Assembly: GCA_043228905.1 (NCBI GenBank)
Contig: JBHGNT010000006.1
Span: 19,840,001-19,904,000, forward strand
Direction: 5' to 3'
Source: Azolla caroliniana
Lineage: Eukaryota; Plantae; Polypodiophyta
DNA: 64,000 bases
Position 1 is the first letter of the stretch, and every line of letters begins with the position of its first letter. The notes under the pieces were generated by a model. It saw only the letters and a list, made by a program, of their open reading frames with translations. It was not told the DNA's origin and made no database searches. Of the stretch, positions 1 through 12,074 are shown piece by piece. A program made the translations under genes and the position numbers.

Positions 1-834
1 TAGCCAACAAAATGCTTTTGAAGCATGTGAACATTGAACACATTGTTTGGGGAAAAGATGCCCTCATTCACCGAATTGCTGGGTTTTATATTTGAGCTTA
101 TTGACTAGGATTATATATAAAGGGAATAACTACTATTTAGAAAGGGTTCTCTTAATTTTATGACTTTGTTGCTACGGCACAGGGCGATTCATAGCCTATG
201 TAGCCATATGTTGTTCGAGTTTGCACCATCCATGCAAAAAACACTAGAAAATCGATCATAATAAAGGAATCACATGATGATTACTAGGGTAGTTCAACCT
301 ATCTAATCCAGATGGTGGGCGAGTTGAATGCATAGGAAAACACAAAAAGAAAGAGAGATGTATTTGATGAGCTCTCTAGGTAGTGGCAACACCGAATCCA
401 AATCTAGGGACGACGCTACCGTAATCTTAATAACTCTTCTAGTATATATGACCATTGACAACCATGTGGTAGTGATAGGAGCTCAAATCATAAACTTAGA
501 GAAGGGTGACAAGAAAAAAGGAAGCATCGTGGCATTTCGTCGCGACAAGTGGGAGATATATGGTTTGCCACTACTACGTGCAGCTGCATTGCAGTAGCAT
601 TTATTTATTTCTTCGCAAACAAGTGGGACGCATATGGGTTGCCGGGATGTTAAAATATTTGTGAAGCACCAAGAATGTGAGAATGGGGGGGGGGGGGGGG
701 TGCTCTCTCGATCATTCGTGATCGAGCCAATGAGAGAGAGAGAGAGAGTGTCTGTGTGTGACACAAGCAATCCAATCACTAGTGACTCCCCCCACGATGT
801 AAGCAAGATTGTATGTGGACGCACAAAGCACAGC

Positions 835-854
835 CAGTGTTGCCTTTTGACGGC
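835..854 (+). repeat. Left terminal inverted repeat of hAT element
   Basis: Exact reverse complement of 5947-5966; preceded by 8-bp TSD. Confidence 0.95.
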
Positions 855-1150
855 CGTTTTGAACGTTTTTGGCAAATTTAACCGTATATGAAAGTTAATT
901 TTAAAATGAAACCGTCAATCTTGACGGGCATATGTTTTATGAAAACGTAAAAATGAAGGCTTAAAATTTCATAATACCGTCAAATTTTACTAAGACCAAT
1001 ACTATAGTAGTATAGTCCTAGGTAGTAGGAACAAATTGTTCAAGTTGCATTGGGAGTGTAGGAATTTGAAAGGCTCACATATGTCACTAATAACTATGTG
1101 TGTAACAAAAAGGTAAAAAAACTAATAGAGTCTAAATTATGAATCTTTAC

Positions 1151-1202
1151 TTCCCTTTTCCCCCCTTTTCCCCCCTTTTCCCCCATTTTCCCCCATTTTC
1201 CC
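1151..1202. repeat. 10-bp tandem repeat (TTTTCCCCCC/A)n; G-run array on minus strand
   Basis: About five units visible directly. Confidence 0.75.
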
Positions 1203-1313
1203 TGTTTGTTCGTTGCTCCCTCAGCCCTGCACCTTGCTGGAAGCTTGTTGCTCGTTGCCAGCTACTCATAGATTCAACATCTCCTGCAGCAGTCCTCCTC
1301 AACCATCTAAGGT

Positions 1314-1360
<47 letters not shown>

Positions 1361-1821
1361 ATCCATTTTTGCTGCTAGTCTTTCCAGAATGACTGATATC
1401 ATCTGAATAGTTGTGATTATTCATTCCTGTCTTATATGGTTGTGATATGTGCATCACTCGTAGACTTGAACACTGCCAAACAAAAATTCCAAGAAGCGAT
1501 TCAAGTCACCATTATATGTAGATGGATCCGGAGGCTTTTATATTTCAATTTATGACTTTGACAACCAGCCTTCTCAGTGGATGGATACTATCTTTCTGCT
1601 TGTCTGAAATCAAAGTTAAGAAACTGATCTCTCGTCTTGCAGTTAGAAGACAGAATGTGCACGTTGGTCTACAGTTTTCTAATTGCACCCAATCTTCATT
1701 TTTTTGGACATACTTGGCCAATTTCTTGTATCTTCCTTTCAATTCTGTTTTCACTTTGTTCAGGTGCTTGTGCTACCTCTACTTCCTTTTGCTCTTCTAC
1801 AAAAATGGCTGGAGATTTTGC

Positions 1822-2692
1822 ATTACTCAAATAGTTTTGTGATTGTCATTACTCAAATAGTCACTTAAAAACTAACTGAAACAAGAGGGGGGAACATAAC
1901 ATTTGCACTGAAAAAGAAACAACAAAATGTACTGACCTCTTCCACAACGGAAGCAAAGTCTTAGATAACAAAAACACAATCTCCATGATTAAATAAACAT
2001 TAGTACCTCATAGGTTTCATTCAACTCTCTGCAGAGGATGACACTCCACCAAATTGCAACCAAAAGTTCTCTACTTGATTTCAGCCCTCTGTAGTGGAAG
2101 AGACCACGCCAGATGCAACAGACACATTACTTGAATCCAAACCACCAGTACTAACACCACCTTTCCCCTCACCTTGATTGTATACATGCTGAGCAGTGCC
2201 TTGAGAATGGTCATCATAAGTGTTTCCATAGCTTGTCGAGTTTCCATAGCCTTGTTGAGTTGAGGTAGGGTGAGCATAACCAGATTGTGGTGGAGGAATA
2301 GACCCTTGAATAGCATAGTTTGGTGGGGGTTGTATTGGCCCCTGACTACCATATAATGCACTTGATCCTGGTTGTGAAGCTCCATAGCTAGAAGGTTGTT
2401 GGCCATAACTACTTGGTTGTCCATAATTAGTTGGCAACGACCCTTGAGTACCATATCCTTGAGTATTATATCCAGATTGAAGTTGTCCATAACCACCTTG
2501 AGAAGAACCACCAGATCCTGTTGAATCCTCTTGAGGGGGATACCCTGGTTGAAAGGAACCCCCTTGCCCATAGGTTGGAGCAGATTCTTGTTGGTTATAG
2601 CTCGTGAGTTGATGTTGACCATACCCAACTTGTTGACTTGTTTGGCCATATTGATTAAAACCTGGTTGTTTAGCAGCTTCTTGATTAGGCAC
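1822..2692 (-). pseudogene. 5'-truncated retrocopy of a host gene 3' end: SYGQ/P-rich low-complexity coding tail (2081-2692) plus 3'UTR-like sequence
   Basis: Flanked by 16-bp direct repeat TGGCTGGAGATTTTGC (1806-1821, 2693-2708); 203-codon open frame ending in TGA at 2081, then a U-rich UTR-like tract and a short duplicated tail. Source gene (an RNA-binding protein C-terminus?) is inference. Confidence 0.72.
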
Positions 2693-2708
2693 TGGCTGGA
2701 GATTTTGC

Positions 2709-3312
2709 TCTTCCGGTTGATTTTTCTTCTCCAGTTTCTGAAGTATGTTGGTTTCCCCTACTTCCTTTTGCTCTTCTATACCCTTTGATTTCTCCAGCTA
2801 TAATATAGGTATATATATATGATGAAATTTCTTCGAGAATTCACAAATAGTTTGTTGTAAATAGGTGAAAAGAAATCTCCAGAAATTCAATCCAAGGAAC
2901 TGAGACGATAGATCAAACCCTAATGGTGAGAGTCTCTATAAATAGAAGACCCAAATTTAGACCAAAACAAGCAAACTAAAGAAGCAAAATTTAGTTAAAA
3001 AGAAGATGAAAGAGAGAAATTACATTTATTCTCTATTTCTCTTTTCCTTTTTTATTTCTTTTATTCTCGACCTTCAAGCTCTGTCCAACTCGCAGTGACG
3101 AAAATACAAACAGCATAAAAACAAACCAACAAATAAATAAATAAATTCAAGGAAAATATTTCCTCTTGGAATTTGGAAGAATAATATCTGTTATTGGGTT
3201 AATATTATTACAAAATACCCTTTGGTGTAGTATCACGTAATTACAGCTGATACCCTTCGTATTTTTGTTCTAAATTCTAATACGTGACTCCCCCCCCATT
3301 CACACCTTAACA
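2709..3312 (+). mobile_element. LTR-like retroelement fragment in the hAT leader intron (target of the retrocopy; probably also 1400-1821)
   Basis: CTATAAATAG TATA box at 2936-2945, LTR-like end GTGACTCCCCCCCCATTCACACCTTAACA at 3312, possible decayed PBS after it; no TSD or 5' end found. Confidence 0.35.
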
Positions 3313-3588
3313 TCTGAGTTTGAGCCTCGTCCATTGACTTTTTTCCTATTCCCGATGCTCCACTTCAAACCCTTGTTGTTCTGATCCACCCAAATTCTTT
3401 TACTAGTCCATCAAAACTAGTATTGCTCTCCTCTTTAAGGGCAAAAGTTTGGGAATTATATTCATGTAAAATCTCATTGCCCAACAGGTCATAACTAATA
3501 TGTATGGGTTTAATGATGCTAGTGATTGTTTTGAATTGATGGTATGATCTTTTCTTACATGACCCATTGCTTCTTATTCAGAATAATT

Positions 3589-5829
3589 ATGGCTCCTAAA
3601 AGAAAAAACCAACGAACCATCAGTGCGATGTTTGCATGGAAACCACCCAACGATACCAATGACATAAATCTAAACAATGATTTAAATGAGGATATGGATA
3701 TGTTTGGGACTGATTTAGAGAGTTTAACTCGAGAGAGTTGTTCCTCTAATATAACTAAAGAAAAGCCTAAGAGAAAATTCCGTGAAGCATGGAGAGATAA
3801 ATTCCCATGGATAAGATGCATTGTGCAAGGAGACAAAACATTAATGAAATGTGCATGGTGTGAGAAATACGCTAGTCCTGGGCCTTGGGGTCTTGGTTCT
3901 GGATGCATTACTTTGCAACTTGATGCAATTTTGACCCATGTCAACTCAAGTGGTCATAAATTATGTGCATCAAAGTGGATATGTGATGTTGAAGGGAAAG
4001 CAATGTCCATCCCAAAGCATGTATCACAATTAGATGATATTAACAAAAATAAGGTCATAACAACAATGAAACTCATGTACTTTATTGCAAAAAAAGATTT
4101 GTCTATCGCTACATACCAAGAATTATGTGATTTGGCTGTGCTACTAGAGGTGCCTAATATGCCTAAGCAACATGATTATATATCTTATACTAGTAGATAT
4201 GGGGGATATGAATTTTTGGTTGCCTTCGGGAAATATCTTCTAGAAATTCAAAGCTCAAACCTAATAAATTCCCCATACTACTCTTTGATGCTAGATGAAA
4301 GTACTGACAATGGATTAGAGTTGCATCTCATTATGTATGTTACATATTTGCAATGTGGTGGTTGTGGGCCTAAGCAAACTGAATATATGGGTTTGCTGAA
4401 AATTCCCATTGGTAAAGGTAGAACTATATATGAACATGTTAAGCATCTATTAGGCGATCGATGCCTCAACATGAACAAGTTGATCGGATTGGCAACTGAT
4501 GGTGCATCATCAATGATTGGTAGTGAAATTGGAACAGTAACATTAATGAAAAATGATATCCCAAATTTGGTTGGTGTACATTGTATTGCTCATAGAGAAG
4601 CATTGGTTATTTCAGATGTATCTAAAGATATCCCTGAGCTCATTCTTGTAGAAAAAATTGCAAATAAGGTATATGCATGGGCTAACAATAGTACCAAAAG
4701 GACACATGAAATTTTAGAGCTCTTGGAACAAATGCAATTGGATGCTCATAGACCATTACAAATTCATAATATTCGTTGGTTGTCACGTGGTCAAGTCATG
4801 GAAAGACTAGTGAGTATAATGCTTGCAATACTTACTATTTGGAAGAAAGAGAACTTAAACGAGTGGTATAATAAAGCTTGTATCTATAGTGTGCAATTTT
4901 GCTTTTGTATGATGGCTGATGTGTTGCATTTGATGAATATCTTGAGCTTGAAACTTCAAAAAGAGAATTTGGATGTAACTTCAATTGGTGCAGAAATTGA
5001 TATTACAATTTCTAATTTGCGGAGGTCTTTCTTGAGAAATGACACATTTGCGGATGGAACAATGTATTTATCCAAGTTCTTAAGATGTTCTAAAGTTGGG
5101 TTTTTGGAAATAGAGGATAAAGATGGCGTTACATATAGACATGAACTATACTTCAAACAAATTCCTATGGATAAAGCAAGTCAAAATGATCCAAATCCCA
5201 ATATTGCAAAATCTAAGGGAATGAGGCCATTTATAGATAGATCACTTGAAAGTTGTATTAAACTATCTCAAAATTATGTGCAAAATGTTATTGATGGACT
5301 AAATGCAAGATTCCCTGACTTAAGCCTCTTCAATGCAGCAAAATTATTCAGCCCATGCCATTATGCAGATGATGATGTGATTAGGGATAGTAAAGCAAAG
5401 ACATGGTTGGGAATTTTGATTTCTCACTTACAGCCAAATGTTGATGTCAATGCATGTCCTCAAATTTCACATGATGCAAAGGCTTGTGAAATGGAACTCT
5501 ATAGGTTTGTTGACACTTTACGTTTAAATTGTGAAGGCTATACTATGCATGAAGCTTGGCGTATGTTTTGCAAAATGAAGGATTGGCAAGATAGTTTCCC
5601 TCATTTGATGAAATTATGGCAAGCTACTTTGGTTATTCCTTCTAGCACAGTTTCGTGTGAGAGAGGGTTCTCTAAGCAAAATCTCATCAAAGAGATGAAA
5701 AGAAATCGATTGAATATAGAGCATTTAGATGATTTAATGCGAGTCTCATTGAATGGGCCACGCATTGAAGAAATACAATGGGATCGTGTACATGAAATTT
5801 GGAAAGATGCAAAGGATAGAAGGATATAA
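3589..5829 (+). CDS. hAT-family DDE transposase (ZNF862-like), about 746 aa
   Basis: Uninterrupted ORF (track 3544-5829; likely start MAPKRK at 3589 after acceptor TTCAG ending 3581). N-terminal CxxC..H..H zinc finger, catalytic LDESTD, ATDGAS and SCERGFS motifs, CIAH and IRWLS motifs. Confidence 0.92.
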   Translation: MAPKRKNQRTISAMFAWKPPNDTNDINLNNDLNEDMDMFGTDLESLTRESCSSNITKEKPKRKFREAWRDKFPWIRCIVQGDKTLMKCAWCEKYASPGPWGLGSGCITLQLDAILTHVNSSGHKLCASKWICDVEGKAMSIPKHVSQLDDINKNKVITTMKLMYFIAKKDLSIATYQELCDLAVLLEVPNMPKQHDYISYTSRYGGYEFLVAFGKYLLEIQSSNLINSPYYSLMLDESTDNGLELHLIMYVTYLQCGGCGPKQTEYMGLLKIPIGKGRTIYEHVKHLLGDRCLNMNKLIGLATDGASSMIGSEIGTVTLMKNDIPNLVGVHCIAHREALVISDVSKDIPELILVEKIANKVYAWANNSTKRTHEILELLEQMQLDAHRPLQIHNIRWLSRGQVMERLVSIMLAILTIWKKENLNEWYNKACIYSVQFCFCMMADVLHLMNILSLKLQKENLDVTSIGAEIDITISNLRRSFLRNDTFADGTMYLSKFLRCSKVGFLEIEDKDGVTYRHELYFKQIPMDKASQNDPNPNIAKSKGMRPFIDRSLESCIKLSQNYVQNVIDGLNARFPDLSLFNAAKLFSPCHYADDDVIRDSKAKTWLGILISHLQPNVDVNACPQISHDAKACEMELYRFVDTLRLNCEGYTMHEAWRMFCKMKDWQDSFPHLMKLWQATLVIPSSTVSCERGFSKQNLIKEMKRNRLNIEHLDDLMRVSLNGPRIEEIQWDRVHEIWKDAKDRRI

Positions 5830-5946
5830 TATATTGTTTCGTACAAATATTCGATGTATTTACTTTTTGAAGGGCATTTTTTTTGACAAACCGTCAATTT
5901 GACGGGCAAAATTTTTGGAATACCGTTCTCATGACAGGCAATGTTA

Positions 5947-5966
5947 GCCGTCAAAAGGCAACACTG
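5947..5966 (-). repeat. Right terminal inverted repeat of hAT element
   Basis: GCCGTCAAAAGGCAACACTG followed by TSD AGCACAGC. Confidence 0.95.
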
Positions 5967-6002
5967 AGCACAGCTAATTCCACAAGGCAATGGATGTAGG
6001 CT

Positions 6003-6222
6003 ACACACACACACACACTCTCTCTCTCTACACACACACACTCTTTCTCTCTCTACACACACACACACACAAACACACACACTCTTTCTCTCTCTCTCTC
6101 ATGACACATTCTCTTACCTCTACCACTACACGCACACACACACACACGCTCTCTCTCTCTCTCTCATTCTCTCACCGCGTTTCTTTCTTTCGCCAGCACA
6201 CAAACCAACGAATCCCACTTGC

Positions 6223-6257
<35 letters not shown>

Positions 6258-6395
6258 TCTCTCTCTCCCTCTCTCTCCCTCTCTCTCTCTAGCCACGGCT
6301 TGACACGTGCCGAGCCTGGCCACCCTCCACCCCTCCTTCCTCAAGGGCCCAGAGAAGATAATAAAACAAAACACCAAAAAGAAATCCCCAGATAC

Positions 6396-6442
<47 letters not shown>

Positions 6443-6543
6443 GAGTATGAAAACCAGAGCTCTCTCTCTCTACAAAAACAAAAGACTCTCTCTCTCTCTC
6501 TCTACAAAAACAAAAATCTCTCTCCCTCTCTACAAAAACAAAA

Positions 6544-6580
<37 letters not shown>
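6003..6580 (+). repeat. (CA)n/(CT)n microsatellite-rich promoter and 5'UTR of the WRKY gene, with three CT-run+ACAAAAACAAAA units
   Basis: Direct inspection; G-box CACGTG near 6305. Confidence 0.8.
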
Positions 6581-6581
<1 letters not shown>

Positions 6582-6582
6582 G

Positions 6583-7808
6583 ATGGCTGATTCAGCTCAA
6601 TATAACACTTGTTCTGATGGGCCTTACAGACCTGATTACCTTCCTCTTCTTCAAATTCCTCCTCCTTCTCCTCCTTCATCTCTGAATCCACCAGAAGAAG
6701 CAGCGCCGCCCCTCCATCTCATGCGGCCTTCTTCCACCACCGCCTGTATTGCTCCCCCTCCCCCTTCACCTCCCCATTACCTCTCCTCCTCCTCCTCCTC
6801 CTCCTCTTCTGCTCCTCCTCCTCCTCCGCCATTCCATCCATCTCCGCCGCCCTCCTCCCTTTCTTCCATGCAATTCAACCCCCTCTCTTCTTCCTCCTCC
6901 TCCCATGGCTCTGATCCTTTCCTCGAATCCCTTAACGACCCCATATCCTGGCCCTTCTGGAGCCAATACTGCCTGCAGACCTTGGACGATCACGACAGGC
7001 TGGCCCTCCATTCCATGAACAGTCATGATGGTGACTATCTCGGAGAACTGGTCACACCTCCTCCTCCTCCTCCGCCGCCGCCGCAGATCAAGAGCTGGAA
7101 TGGCTCAACCAATACTATTGCTGGCCTGCCCCCGCTCCCTCTCCCTCTCCCTCTCCCTCTCCCTGTGCCTGCAAGTAGCTTCTCCAGGTGCCTGCAGGAG
7201 GGCATGAACATGGACGACATGGATTACAAGAACCTGCTTTTCGAGCAATTCCTGAGATGCGGAAGCAGTAATTCTGCCGACAGTAGCGCTAATCATTATT
7301 CGAAGAAGAACGGGCCGGATCAAGCGGTCCGCACAGGCAGGGCACAGACAGACAGGGACCGATCTAGCGACGGCAGAGCGGGAGGGGCGTCCGTACAGGT
7401 CGGCGGCGGCTCTAGGGCGCAGCAGGACGGCGGAGCGGCCGTACGCCTGGGGGGAGGGGGGTCCGTACAGGGATCGGGTGGGGACGGCGCGCAGCCGGAC
7501 ACGCCTGCGAATTCGTCGCTCTCAAATTCGAGCTTATCTAGTGGTGGTGGTGGTGGTGGTGGTGGTAGAGCAGGAGCAGGGTTATTGAGGAATGTTCGGA
7601 GAAAGCAGGATGCAGGAGAACAGCAGGAGGAGGATGAAGAAGCAGAAGCAGAAGATGAAGATGATGAAGAAGAAGAAGAAGAAGAGGAGGAGGAGGATGG
7701 AGTATGTAATGAAGCTGTGAATGGAGAGGATGGAGGAGGTGTGCAGGCGGCGGAAGCTATGGCGGCGGAAGCTATGGCGGCGGCGGAATCGACACAGAAG
7801 AAGAAGAC
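6583..7808 (+). CDS. WRKY: WRKY gene exon 1 (low-complexity N-terminal region)
   Basis: 409-aa ORF ending at donor AC/GTAAGG (7809). Confidence 0.85.
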
Positions 7809-9528
7809 GTAAGGGAACCTCTTCTCCACGTCACAATTTCTGATAATAATAATAATAATTTTAATATTAATATTAATTTTGTTAAACAAAAAAAGAAGAC
7901 AGATATTTCAAGGCTACTTCATTTCTCATTCCACACTCGATGGATTGTTGTCCGCTTCCCGAAAGATAGATAGATACACACCACGCGTGACCCAACATTT
8001 GCATTGCCTCTCGGACACATACCTAATGGCCTAGAAAACATATGGCCCAAGACATTTATTGCATGGTTCATGTTAAGAGTTTTTCGGCAAGTTTGTACCG
8101 GTTGTGGTGGCTCTTAAAACATAACAAGTTTCTTTGATTCTTTCCAATCATCTTGATATCCTTACCTTATTGGGCTGCCTCACTTACGAAAAGCTCGTAA
8201 TGTTTTAGGTTGTGGCGTGACGAGCCCCTTTAATGTCGACTGCACCCACTTGCACCTACATAGAATTGACTTACTACTGGTTCGCGGATCAATAAGCTCG
8301 CAATGTTAGGGATAGGGTCGACAAACATCCCCCCTACCCAATCCATCACAAGAGGTCTCCATCCTCTAGAGTCCTAGATTCTTGTTGCATAAGCTCATAA
8401 TGTTATTCGTCCGGGGCCGATAACAACTCACAACAATGAACGCTATAGGGAAACATGAGAGGAAAATTATCGCTTACGTAAGCTTCATCATATTGTTGTG
8501 TGTGTATACAACATCTATCATATGTATTAATCATCTAAAAATGAATAATGTGAATGAAATCAGTTTGCCATAGTCTCCTTTGTATATTAATGTTCGCGTT
8601 GCCAATATGTGCAGAAACACCGAGAAGGCACCCAAGGTGAAAGGTCAAAAGCGGCAACGAGAGCCTCGCGTTGCGCTCCTCATCAAGAGCGAAGTGGATC
8701 ACCTTGAAGATGGCTTCCGTTGGCGCAAATATGGTCAGAAAGCTGTAAAGAACAGCCCGTTCCCAAGGTACTTGCCTACCTTATTAGCATTGTCTAGGAA
8801 AGCAATTTCTTGGTGTGAACACTCACATCTTTTCTCGAAATGCTTTTATATGTTTGCAATGTGTATTTTCTTTTGGCTTTTCTCAAGTTCCCTTGTATGT
8901 TGTCGATATATACAAGTTGATTTCTTTGGAATTGTAAATGGTTTAGATTTAAAATCTTGTTGTGATGATCAATTTGTTTACCCTATAAATTACCAGGAGT
9001 TATTACAAATGCACCAATAGCAAGTGTATGGTGAAGAAACGAGTGGAGCGATCGTTTGAGGATCCGACCATGGTTGTCACCACATACGAGGGTCAACACA
9101 ATCACCACAGCCCAGCACTATTACGTGCTGGGATTGTGCCGCCTATTGGGACATTGTCTTCTCACGATAATGCCAGTCGCCTAAATCAACTCCAGTATGC
9201 AGACATTCTTAATAATGTAATGCCAAACTCATCTCAATTCGCTTTCCCTTCCCAAAATTCCTCACAAGAGAACTATCATTTCCAAAATGATCAACAAAAG
9301 CACTACCAAAACCAACCCCAACACATGGCGAACACATCCTTGCCACGTTTAATCCCTCCACCTTCTTTGCAACAAACTCAATTACGACACATTAACCACC
9401 CCAAAACGTTAGATCAATTCAACACAGGAGGCTTGCAGTATGGTCCAATTAGCACGACCACAAACACGAGTGAAGGACTCCTTGAAGATTTGATTTCCTT
9501 TGGTACTAGTGGTACATTATCCTCCTAA
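6583..9528 (+). CDS. WRKY: WRKY transcription factor, group IIc; 3 exons (6583-7808, 8615-8767, 8997-9528), about 636 aa
   Basis: Spliced product gives [72 protein letters not shown] (C-X4-C-X23-HXH); conserved phase-2 PR intron; GT-AG junctions keep frame (1226+153+532=1911 nt); long P/S/G/E low-complexity N-terminus. Confidence 0.93.
8615..8767 (+). CDS. WRKY: WRKY gene exon 2 (WRKYGQK)
   Basis: Acceptor TGCAG ending 8614; donor AG/GTACTT at 8768. Confidence 0.92.
8997..9528 (+). CDS. WRKY: WRKY gene exon 3 (C2H2 zinc finger, Q/N-rich tail)
   Basis: Acceptor TACCAG ending 8996; EGLLEDL motif near C-terminus; TAA at 9526-9528. Confidence 0.92.
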
Positions 9529-12074
9529 TTAACTTTGGAATACCCACATTTTTCCTCCCCCTTCTATTCATTCCCTAGTGAATAACCCAATGCAATATAT
9601 ATACATATATAATGCCTTGTATATAATAATTATAACATAGAATTAATGTGTATATTGAACAATAACTATGCCTAGTTTAATGTTAGTTGAGAACACAGAT
9701 GGGGCTTCTTATTTTGCATATCAACACGTTGTGAGACAATGTGAGTGTAATATGAGGTGGGTGCTTGGTGGCGTTCATGAGCACCACGAGGCATTACTCA
9801 AAGCTAGTTCCAACCAAAAACACAAGTTAACTTACATTACTAATAGCCATGTGCTAGTGTAGCTTAATTTCACATTTGTCAAAACACACATTGTTTCGAA
9901 TAATTGTCTTGATCTAAGTTAGCAAGTGTATTCTCTCTAAATCCACTAGATTTCTATGTCTCTATTTTTTAAGAGTACTTTGAGGATTTTGAGGTCTCAC
10001 ACTTCTCTATCTTTGAGGTTCAAAGTTTGAAGCATCTAGTTTAATCAATGGTATGTTGTTAGATGGAAATGTTCCAAGCAAAGTTCTCTCATAATGCTAT
10101 TAAATATTTTGGGGATGTGGCTCTATTTAAATATTGTTCGTTTAATTTGTGCAATACAATAGCTATGGTCGGCCACAAGTTACAACCCTTGCATGCACGG
10201 TCTGCAAGTTAGTACCTTGAGAATGGTGATAACCTTGGTCTGCTTCGGTAACTAGGTTCCCTAGAACTGGTACTCATGATGGAGATGCATTCGAAAGAGA
10301 ATGGAGAGCACGTAATCCTCAACAAGCCTTCCCATGCCATGATCCACATGTTGCCACCTTTAGATATCATGAACTTTGCCAAAACCATACACAAGCAAGT
10401 GGCTCTATCAAAACCACACCATAGTTTTCAAATTGATGGCTCATTTCTTAATGCTACGTGTTATAGCAATGTGTTACATTCATGATGAATAGTTAGCTAG
10501 ATGACTCTTCCAATTATTTAACTAACATTTTCAAATACTTTCAACCCTTTAAATGTGTATGCTCAATTGGTATAAGACAAGAGTCTTTCGACACTCTATC
10601 CTTGTTTTCATAACTTTGTAAGTCACGATCATGACATTGGCAAAAGAGCTTCCATACATTCTTTCTTTTCAAGGTTTTGTTCTGGTGTGATTTTGGACAA
10701 TGGATTTGAGCTCAGATCTATGAGAACAAGTGTAGTTCTTTGCATTACTATGGTTATGGTAGGATTTATCATCATAAAATGTAGTTACATATAAACTAAA
10801 TTAACTTAAAACAATGAAAACTAACCAACCTCATAAATTGTCGAAAAAGTGCAAAAGGCACGATCACACACATACCCACAGACAATTCAAGTATATATAT
10901 ATATAATAAAAGTCCATGCAAGTCTACTTTGTAAACTATTCTCAAGAATATTTTTTAGTATATGCTCAAGAATATATTAGGCACATACAAAATCGAAAAC
11001 ATGCAAGGATGATATGCCTAAACATCCCTTTCATGAGCAGATAGTTTAAGTGCAAACCTTGATATTGGCACTAGCCATCTCTCTAATATCTTGATTGTCT
11101 TGCTAACCATCTCTCTAATATGGACTCTCTAACTCTCTCTCTCTCTCTCTCTCACTAATTTATTGAGATGCTACATCAATGGTATAAAGAAATGCGCGTG
11201 TTGTAATACCTTATATTTAGTAACTTATGAAAGCCACACTGCATGGTTTCTATTGGCTTGTTAAGTGTAGACGCAATACATGTAGTGGCAATACCTTAGT
11301 TATTTACAAGAATATGATATTGACTTAGGACTCATATCAACATTCATTGTTTGTAACCAATTGGATGTGAGTTGGGCACAATTATCATGGGATATTGGTA
11401 GTTGACATATCCATTTTTTGGTTCAAACAAGGTTGAAGTGTCTTGTTACGTGTGTGTCTATTGAGATACATATACTTGGATGACTAATATCTGTAGACTG
11501 TCTTAATAACAAGTCACATCCTTGAAGGTGAATATCAATATTTGAGCACCCATAGCCCACGTGCATGTTTGAGTTTTGACTGGTGCTATTGTAAGTTCCA
11601 TGATAATGTATTGAAGAAGGAATATGTGAAACCATTCATTTATAGCCACATTAGAAATTAAATACATTGATACCCCTATATGCAATCCTTGATACACTTA
11701 AGCTCCATAACAAAATGTTTTAAGTATGAAGTGAAATAATTTGTTTATAGTCACATAAGAAATTAAAATGCATGGATACTCTACATGTGATTCTTGACAT
11801 GCCATGCCGAAAATGTTCATAATACACCTACTAGGTTCACAACCTTATTTCATAAAAAATTCTTAAATCTCAATGGATTGTATTAAGATGCTGAATTAAC
11901 AAACATCATTATCAAAGTATTGAGCATTAATCAATAACGTATATTTATGTTTTTATTTTCTGATAATATGTGTTAAAAAATGTCTTTACCTTTATGAAAT
12001 TACTTTTTGCAAGTAAGGGTTGAAAACAAGTATTTCATGCATCTTTTACTAAAATAGGAAGACTTCATAGGGGA

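Larger units (their letters stand above)
835..5966 (+). mobile_element. Full-length, apparently autonomous hAT DNA transposon
   Basis: Perfect 20-bp TIRs (CAGTGTTGCCTTTTGACGGC at 835-854, reverse complement at 5947-5966); perfect 8-bp TSD AGCACAGC (827-834, 5967-5974); subterminal CCGTCAA/TTGACGG motifs at both ends; intact transposase ORF. Confidence 0.96.

Noticed and set aside
1-826. Short ORFs at the window start
   Set aside because: No recognisable domains; they overlap microsatellites and the transposon end.
2071-2649. Second 192-aa minus-strand ORF over the retrocopy
   Set aside because: Alternative frame of a low-complexity sequence; the SYGQ frame has the protein-like composition.
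5990-6590. ORFs with THTH/LSLS runs upstream of WRKY
   Set aside because: Translations of CA/CT microsatellites.
8150-8470. Possible SINE/MITE remnant in WRKY intron 1
   Set aside because: Composition differs from flanks but no TIR, TSD or A/B boxes could be established.
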